Of a stretch of DNA of 64,000 nt, positions 57,487-64,000 are shown piece by piece; the stretch's first letter is position 1; every line of letters starts with the position of its first letter. This DNA comes from Candidatus Binatia bacterium (lineage in GTDB: Bacteria; Desulfobacterota; Binatia; UBA9968), in the NCBI GenBank assembly GCA_036390135.1, contig DASWCL010000294.1, positions 11,711-75,710 on the forward strand, given 5' to 3'. A model generated the notes under the pieces. It made no database searches. It worked only from the letters and a program-made list of their open reading frames with translations, and was not told where the DNA came from. Both the position numbers and the translations under genes were made by a program.

Positions 57487-58398
57487 TTATAGCGCTCGCT
57501 GCCGGTCATTGTTATTCCGTTTCGCATCCATCATGCCAAGATAATGATAGATACGGCCTTTACTGCGATAGCGATGACGTTCTTGTCCGATGAGCGTGTA
57601 ATAAGCATACCGTGTGAAAGCTTGGGTGAGATCAAAGAGTATCGCTGCGATGCTGCGATTTCGAAGTAGGAATCGGCTTTTGCCTTGGCGCCAGTGGCTC
57701 TGTTTGAAATATTCGTCTGTCAATCGGCTGCGATCGACTCGATGATACACAACGGCTTTGGGCGCGTAACCGATCTCGATACCGGCATGAATCAGCCGCC
57801 GTGCGAAGTCGACATCTTCGGAAGTGCCTGATGCCCCAGGGCCGAGACGCTCGTCGAATCCTCCGATATGATCGAACAAGTCACGGCACAAAAAAAAATT
57901 AGAACCATTTAGCGACCGGACTTCCGTTAAATTCGCGTCGTATTCAAGCTTAGGAATGGTGCGATAGCGTTGAATAAGTCTCTGAACTTCCGGATCGTCG
58001 ATGGCCGGAGATTGAAGCCGAATGATCCCCTGTCCGATCCGGTATTTACCTTCTCGAAAAATCTCTTCCACTGCGGTTAGCCAGGTCCCGTCGACCACGA
58101 CGTCGTCATCCAAAAATGCCAGGATGTCGCCTGTCGCTGCCTTTGCAGCCTCGTTGACGGCGGCCGATTTGCCACCGCGCGGAACCGTTAAAGCCCGTAG
58201 CGTTGCTGGAAAATCCGCAGAAATCGAGTTGACGTATTCATAGGTGCCGTCGTCCGAGCCGTTGTCGGCGACGATGATTTCAGGGCCAATGCGGTTCAAT
58301 CCTTTGAGTCGGCTGATACTGTCCAAAAGTTGAGCTAGTATCTCACGGCGGTTCTTTGTCGGAATAATGACAGAAAGGCACGACGATCGGCAATTCAT
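57487..58398 (-). CDS. GT2-family glycosyltransferase
   Basis: VIIPTKNR...ADNGSDDGT...DDD GT-A motifs; convergent with lptD. Confidence 0.8.
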   Translation of the reverse strand: MNCRSSCLSVIIPTKNRREILAQLLDSISRLKGLNRIGPEIIVADNGSDDGTYEYVNSISADFPATLRALTVPRGGKSAAVNEAAKAATGDILAFLDDDVVVDGTWLTAVEEIFREGKYRIGQGIIRLQSPAIDDPEVQRLIQRYRTIPKLEYDANLTEVRSLNGSNFFLCRDLFDHIGGFDERLGPGASGTSEDVDFARRLIHAGIEIGYAPKAVVYHRVDRSRLTDEYFKQSHWRQGKSRFLLRNRSIAAILFDLTQAFTRYAYYTLIGQERHRYRSKGRIYHYLGMMDAKRNNNDRQRAL

Positions 58399-59347
58399 AA
58401 ATGGAACTGAACGGATGCTTTCCGGTTCTCGCGATCAAAATCGAACTGTGGCAGCTCGTGCTCAAGATCCAGGGATATTACAATTTACTGCTTTTGTGAG
58501 ACAAAAGATAGTTTACCCCAGTGATTATGTACGAAAATGCTTCGCCAGATGAGCTTGTTCTTCTCAGCAATCTGTAAAAGAATATCCTGCTACACCAGCG
58601 TAAACTCCAACTCGGCGAGATTTTTGAAAATATGCGCTCTTTGTTTCGATATAGCAAACTGATTTGCAACTTGGTCTTAAAAACGTTGAAACTCGAGTAT
58701 CATGACTCAGCGCTAGAGTTTATCAGGTCACCTGCCCACCCTCTGTTGCTGATTCTGGTCAGGCTTTGTGTTTAGCAATGCGTGCCGAGACCTCCGACCA
58801 AAAACGCTCTTTTCAACCTCGGACGGGTGCTTTTGGCAGCCAGTATGAGTAGAGGCGATGATCGAATTGGGCGTCGGGTTTCGTCCCGAAAGTACCGTGA
58901 AAGAAAAAGATTCTTTAGGGGCGTCAATTCACGGCTTAAAGCGCAGAGAAATTTCGACCGTATGTCCATCCGTCGTTGAATTTCCTGAACTTAAAGCATA
59001 TATGAAGATATCTTAAATACTATTCCTCGAAAAGGACCCTCGCCAGGGGTTTGCTCTTGCCGTTCAGTTTGGAGCCCGACGTGCCGCTACTCGACGAACT
59101 TCTTTAGGTTGGCGGTGAGGCGTTCGGACGAAAATGCATCAGATGAAAAGCTTCCAACTCACCGGTTGAACCGTCAAATTTGTGTCGTACTGTTTGGAAA
59201 TGATTCGGCAGATTTGGGATCGAGCCTGTTTGCTCGATCGGCGATTGTTCGTGAGATTGGGGAAACCCGACATTTGTTGGGATTTGCGCGGGGATTAAAT
59301 CGGTTTGATATGTTATACAACTCATACCCAAGGAAACATCGCGTGCA

Positions 59348-60280
59348 ATGACCATACGGGTTCTAGTTACCGGCGGGGCAGGCTATATCGGTTCGGTGCT
59401 ATCTGATCGACTGCTCGCAATAGGATCCCAAGTCACCGTTGTTGATAGTTTGATCTACCGGCAAAACAGCCTTTTTCATCTTTGCGCTAATCGCCGCTTC
59501 GATTTTGTTTACGGTGATGCATGTGATGAGCACTTGATGCAAGGTCTGATTGCCCAAGCCGATGTAATAATGCCCCTGGCCGCGCTCGTCGGCGCGCCTG
59601 CATGTGACCGCGATCCGTCTTTTGCCCCCTCCGTTAATCTGGATGCCATTCGACTGATAAAACGACTGCGCAGCCCCGAACAACTGGTTGTATCCGACAA
59701 CCAATAGCGGTTACGGAACAAAAACCGGTGATATTTTCTGCAGGATACATCTTTAGAACCCATATCCTCGTATGGGCAAACGAAATCTCAAGCCGAGCGA
59801 GAATTGTTGGAGAGCCCGAACGCAGTTACCCTGCGGCTCGCTACTGTTTTCGGCATGTCACCGCGGATGCGTCTCGATCTTTTGGTAAATCATTTCGTTT
59901 ATGCCGCGGCGACCGACGGCTATATCGTGATCTTGGAGAAGGATTTCAAGCGCCACTACATTCATATCCGCGACGTCGCCGATTGTTTTGTTTATTGCAT
60001 AGAGAATTCCAAACAAATGACAGGCAGACCTTATAACGTCGGTCTTGACGCCGCCAACCTGTCCAAAGAAGAGCTCGCGCTAAAAATCAAAGAATTCGTG
60101 ACCAATTTTTACGTTCATTTTTCCGAGGTCGGCTCAGACCCTGACAAACGTAATTATATCGTGTCTAACCAGCGCTTGCGGGAAGCGGGATTTGAGGCGA
60201 GACGGTCGCTGGAAGAGGGTATTCAAGAATTGTTAAAGGGCTACCGCATGATCGGATGCGGACCGTTCAAGAACGCTTAA
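59348..60280 (+). pseudogene. NAD-dependent epimerase/dehydratase (SDR) gene interrupted by two compensating frameshifts
   Basis: ORFs 59348..59707 (VLVTGGAGYIGS Rossmann) and 59804..60280 are in the same frame, separated by in-frame TAG/TGA. The intervening conserved segment (..YPTTNSGYGTKTGDIF..) reads in the +1 frame, and the YxxxK segment (SSYGQTK) returns to frame. Shifts sit at short T homopolymers near 59688 and 59735. Confidence 0.6.
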
Positions 60281-60319
60281 CGCGGTTGCCTGCCTGTCTG
60301 CCATGGTCAAAAAGTCACA

Positions 60320-61577
60320 TTGCCGATGGAACTTTCGAATGTGTCGGTAGCTGTGCTGGCAGGCGGGTTCGGTACGCGTCTGCGTTCTGTTGTCGCGGAT
60401 CGTCCCAAAGTGCTCGCGCAGATTCGGTCGCAGCCGTTTCTTAGCTATTTGTTGGATCAGATCGCCGCAGCGGGCTGTCGATCTGTGGTATTGTGCACCG
60501 GGTACCTAGGGGAGCAGATCGAAAGCACCTTTGGGAAAAACTACGGACCGCTCCGTCTTATCTATTCGCGAGAGCAAGAACCGCTTGGCACGGCGGGCGC
60601 ATTGAAGTTGGCAATCACCCGGTTTGAGTCCGATCCTGTGCTGGTGATGAATGGCGATTCGTTCTGCGCGATCGACATCAAAGCTTATTGGAATTGGCAT
60701 TGCCAATGTCAAGCCACGGCGAGTATGGCATTGACCGAGTCGCGCGCAGCGAAAGATTTGGTCGCGTTAGACTTGATGCTGACGCCAAAGTCGAACTTGC
60801 TGAAAAGAAGGAAACTGATGGTGCGGCTTGGATCAATGCTGGAATCTGTTTTCTAAACCAAGAGGTACTCCGGGCCATTCCAGAGGGTGCAGGCGTCTCG
60901 TTGGAACGAGAAGTTTTCCCGTGTTGGGTGGCCGCGGTCTCTATGGTTACTTAAGTTCAGCTTCATTTCTCGATATCGGGACACCGGAGGACTTTGCCGC
61001 GGCTAAAGATTTTTTCAGGCGTCTAAACGAATCGCAACGACGGCGATACGTGGTGCTTGATCGGGATGGGACAATTATCGAGGAGCGCGAATATCTGTCC
61101 CAGCCCAACGAAATAGCATTGATTTCCGGCACTGGGGGGGCGCTGCGCGAGCTCCAACGGTTGGGATTCGGTTTAGTGGTGCTTACCAATCAATCTGGCA
61201 TCGGGCGTGGATTTTTTGACCAGAACCAATTGGAACGCGTGCACGAACGTCTCACGCAACTGCTCGTTCAAGAGGGGGTTCGCCTCGATGGTATTTATAT
61301 TTGCCCCCACACGCCAGAAGATAATTGCCTCTGCCGCAAACCTAGGCTCGGCCTTTTGCAGCGGGCTGCGGAGGAATTACGCTTTCGCCCGGAGAACAGT
61401 ATCGTCATCGGCGATAAGGATATTGATATTGACATGGGTCAGCGGGCTGGCGCTATGACGTTCCTTGTGCGCACCGGCTATGGGGCGCAATTTGAAAACG
61501 CCGTAAACGCTGATTTCGTCGTCGAAGACTTGGCAGCTGCGGCCGCAGTCATCTGCCGCCTCGCCGAGAGCGAATAG
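60320..61577 (+). pseudogene. fused heptose-1-phosphate nucleotidyltransferase (HddC-like) and HAD heptose-1,7-bisphosphate phosphatase (GmhB-like); the nucleotidyltransferase part carries two frameshifts
   Basis: The transferase is split over ORFs 60320..60856 (GGFGTRLR...), 60688..60954 and 60828..61577 in three frames. Shifts are near a GCGCGC run (~60745) and TTTTCCC (~60915). The 60828 ORF continues in frame into an intact HAD domain (VLDRDGTIIEE...LTNQSGIGRG...IGDKDIDID). Confidence 0.6.
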
Positions 61578-61760
61578 TTGGTTAATCGCGGCTAATAGTC
61601 GACGAGTCATTTTCTAGGCTTCCCTTCACGTTTTACGTGACTTTTTGTTTTTGCCATAGTGGCAATCGCAGCCGAGCGCTGCGCCGGCAACATGAAATTT
61701 AGCCTAACAATATCAAGCGCCAGATTTCTGGAGAGACAACGATGTGAAGAAAAGTATAAA

Positions 61761-62243
61761 ATGCTTCTTGAGCATGACCAGCAGCGATCTGTGCCCATCA
61801 AAAAGTGGTGGAAGATGTTTCTTATGGCGGCGCTCATTTGGACTGCAAGCTGCGTCCAGGGATGTATTCAAGAGGCCGCGGTTAAAAACGAGCGAATGTC
61901 AAAAGTCTCGCAGGAATTGACTACTCTCTACGATGAATATTCCCGCTATCTGGCGTCACGCCAGATGGCCAGGTTCAAATCGTATGATCGGCTCGTGCAG
62001 ATTATAGATGATCGTGTTCTAGTCGACGCGGTAGCCTCCGACGACGCAAACACTCTAAAATCGGATTTGGAAGGTCTGGGGATGCAACAAGCGGTTGCGT
62101 TCGGTCGTATCGTCTCAGGTCAGTTGCCGATATTGGCAATCCCTTCAATGGCAACATTACCCAGCTTGAACTCTGCCAGGGCGGCTTCTGCGGTTTTGCA
62201 GGGAGGCCCGCGTTCTCTCCCGCCCGGGACACCTAACCGATAG
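61761..62243 (+). CDS. small predicted lipoprotein with a subtilase-propeptide-like (I9-like) domain, paralogous to the N-terminus of the downstream protein; start uncertain (ORF track from GTG 61659; alternative Met at 61815)
   Basis: Signal/lipobox ...KKWWKMFLMAALIWTASC; core DRVLVDAVASDDANTLKSDLEGLGMQQAVAFGRIVSGQLP nearly identical to residues ~70-125 of the next gene. Confidence 0.5.
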   Translation: MLLEHDQQRSVPIKKWWKMFLMAALIWTASCVQGCIQEAAVKNERMSKVSQELTTLYDEYSRYLASRQMARFKSYDRLVQIIDDRVLVDAVASDDANTLKSDLEGLGMQQAVAFGRIVSGQLPILAIPSMATLPSLNSARAASAVLQGGPRSLPPGTPNR

Positions 62244-62271
62244 ACACTCCACAGCAACATGGAATGACAGC

Positions 62272-64000
62272 ATGAAACAACGGATTTTCATTTTAGTTCT
62301 CGTTGTTTTTCTACTTTCACCTGGCGGCAGATCGTTGTCGGCCCAGACCGGCAAAGACGGACCGATGGCGAAACTGACGCACAGTCTGGTGAAGCTTCAC
62401 GACCAATACGCCACCCGTTTGGCGCAACGCAGCGCGGCGCTATTCAGCTCTGGCGACCCTGTGATCACACTCGTTGGTGATCGTGTAGTGGTTGATGCCG
62501 TCGCGTCCAAAGATGTGAATCTGCTCAAGGCCGATCTCGAGTCGTTGGGAATGCAACAGGCCGTTGCCTTTGGCCGCATCGTATCAGGCCAACTGCCTGT
62601 ATCTGCGCTTCCTGCCGCGGCGAGCATGGCGAGCTTGCAATTCGCTCAACCGCCGGTTGCCATCACCAACGTCGGAAACGTGACGAGCCAGGGTGATCAA
62701 GCCATGCGTTCTAACGTGGCGCGAACTAATTTCGGAGTGAATGGGAGTGGAGTCACAGTGGGAGTCCTATCAAACAGCTTCAACTGTCTCGGCGGCGCCG
62801 CAGCGGACGTGACCAGCGGCGATCTGTCCCCCGTAACCGTGGTCCAGGAGATTGGGAGCTGCGGTGTCGGTACCGACGAGGGCCGGGCGATGCTGCAGAT
62901 CGTCCACGATGTCGCTCCTGGCGCGAGTCTAGCTTTTGCTTCGGCGTTCAATGGAACAGCATCCTTTGCGACGAACATTCAGTCCCTCGCGGCGGCCGGA
63001 GCGAAAGTTATCGTCGACGATGTAATCTACTTTGCCGAACCGTTCTTCCAAGATGGTATTCTTGCGCAGGCGGTCAACAACGTCGTCGCGGGAGGTAGTG
63101 CATATTTCTCATCGGCCGGCAATCAAGCTCGACAGAGCTATCAAAGTACGTTTAGGGCAGGCGGTGTCTTCGCGCAAGGTTCCATCCCGTCCGCTGCTGG
63201 CGCGCCACCGTTCTTCGGCGGGACCGCGCACAACTTCGATCCTGGGGGTGGTACCGATGTCTTCCAGAGAATCACCCTGCCGCCTGACGCCGGCTTCATC
63301 ATGTCGTTTCAGTGGGACTCGCCGGCGTTCTCCGTAAGCGGCGCGCCGGGATCGTCAAATGATCTCGATGTTTACGTGCTTAACGCGGCCGCAAGCCAAG
63401 TCGTGGCCGGCGCGAACATTGACAATCTAGGGAATGACCCAATCGAAGTTTTTTCATTTACTAACACGACCGGTGTGACGGCTGACTTTAACATCATGAT
63501 CGTGAACTTTTCGGGGCCGAATCCGGGCTTGATCAAATATGTGTTGTTCAACTTGGGTGGAACAATCCAAGAGTTCGCGACGAATAGCGGAACGATCTTC
63601 GGCCATCCCAATGCAGTTGGAGCCGAAGCCGTTGGCGCAGCGCGTTATAGCCAAACACCGGCCTTTGGTGTCTCACCGCCGCAACTGGAGCCTTTCTCTT
63701 CGGCGGGGGGAACCCCGATCCTTTTTGGCTCAGCGGGCAACCGGCTGCCCACTGCCGAAATCGGATCCAAGCCGGAAATCGTTGCGCCAGACGGTGGTGA
63801 CACGACATTCTTCGGCACAGATACGGATGGAAACGGATTCCCAAATTTTTTCGGTACGTCGGCCGCGGTGTCTCACGCGGCGGGTCTTGCCGCTTTGCTT
63901 TTTCAGTCAAAGCCAAGCAGTACGCCGATCCAAATTTATGCGGCCCTGGAAAATACCGCGATCGACATGGGCGCGCCAGGTTTCGATTACGACAGCGGTT
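62272..64000 (+). CDS. secreted subtilase-fold (S8/S53-like) protein, N-terminal part, truncated by the window end
   Basis: Manual translation gives an open frame to the window end. Sec signal MKQRIFILVLVVFLLSPGGRSLSA, propeptide-like domain, GVNGSGVTVGVLSNSF region, and FFGTSAAVSHAAGLAALLF resembling the subtilase Ser motif GTSMAAPHVAG. The ORF track does not list it because the frame has no stop. Confidence 0.55.
   Translation, partial: MKQRIFILVLVVFLLSPGGRSLSAQTGKDGPMAKLTHSLVKLHDQYATRLAQRSAALFSSGDPVITLVGDRVVVDAVASKDVNLLKADLESLGMQQAVAFGRIVSGQLPVSALPAAASMASLQFAQPPVAITNVGNVTSQGDQAMRSNVARTNFGVNGSGVTVGVLSNSFNCLGGAAADVTSGDLSPVTVVQEIGSCGVGTDEGRAMLQIVHDVAPGASLAFASAFNGTASFATNIQSLAAAGAKVIVDDVIYFAEPFFQDGILAQAVNNVVAGGSAYFSSAGNQARQSYQSTFRAGGVFAQGSIPSAAGAPPFFGGTAHNFDPGGGTDVFQRITLPPDAGFIMSFQWDSPAFSVSGAPGSSNDLDVYVLNAAASQVVAGANIDNLGNDPIEVFSFTNTTGVTADFNIMIVNFSGPNPGLIKYVLFNLGGTIQEFATNSGTIFGHPNAVGAEAVGAARYSQTPAFGVSPPQLEPFSSAGGTPILFGSAGNRLPTAEIGSKPEIVAPDGGDTTFFGTDTDGNGFPNFFGTSAAVSHAAGLAALLFQSKPSSTPIQIYAALENTAIDMGAPGFDYDSG

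Noticed and set aside
59104-59355. Overlapping 80-83-aa ORFs on both strands in the GT2-epimerase spacer (also 58772..58979)
   Set aside because: No homology, mutually overlapping, atypical composition. Treated as non-coding.

Overview
GC-rich (~60%) bacterial chromosomal segment, almost entirely on the + strand, carrying the core translation/transcription superoperon of a diderm (LPS-producing) bacterium. Most of the window is ordinary housekeeping sequence; the accessory material is at 42.9-46.6 kb and 57.5-64 kb.

Gene order: tRNA-Leu; tig-clpP-clpX-lon; tRNA-Val/Asp; rplM-rpsI; lptG/lptF (minus strand); rlmB-like methyltransferase; a tRNA-Thr/Tyr/Gly/Thr cluster; tuf-rpmG-tRNA-Trp-secE-nusG-rplKAJL-rpoBC-rpsL-rpsG-fusA; then the contiguous S10-spc-alpha block (rpsJ through rplQ, about 15 kb) ending in a clean intrinsic terminator. 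After that come a GT9 heptosyltransferase, a cupin, a HIBADH-like dehydrogenase, kptA, argS, a SPOR protein, trpDCFBA, folC and lptD.

The right end (57.5-64 kb) is an accessory glycan/secretion region: a GT2 glycosyltransferase (minus), a 0.95-kb AT-richer gene-less spacer, a frameshifted NAD-epimerase, a frameshifted hddC-gmhB fusion (GDP-heptose pathway), and a small lipoprotein that is a paralog of the N-terminal propeptide-like (I9-like) domain of the adjacent, window-truncated subtilase-fold secreted protein.

Other points worth a second look: four frameshifts concentrated in the heptose/epimerase genes; an inverted heptamer-repeat element between trpB and trpA; an intrinsic terminator hairpin between rpsG and fusA; an Ala/Pro-tailed S19; and a Cys4 variant of L24. 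There is only one tuf copy (none after fusA) and no rpmD. No CRISPR array, rRNA or obvious mobile element was seen. tRNA and other coordinates counted by eye may be off by 1-2 nt.
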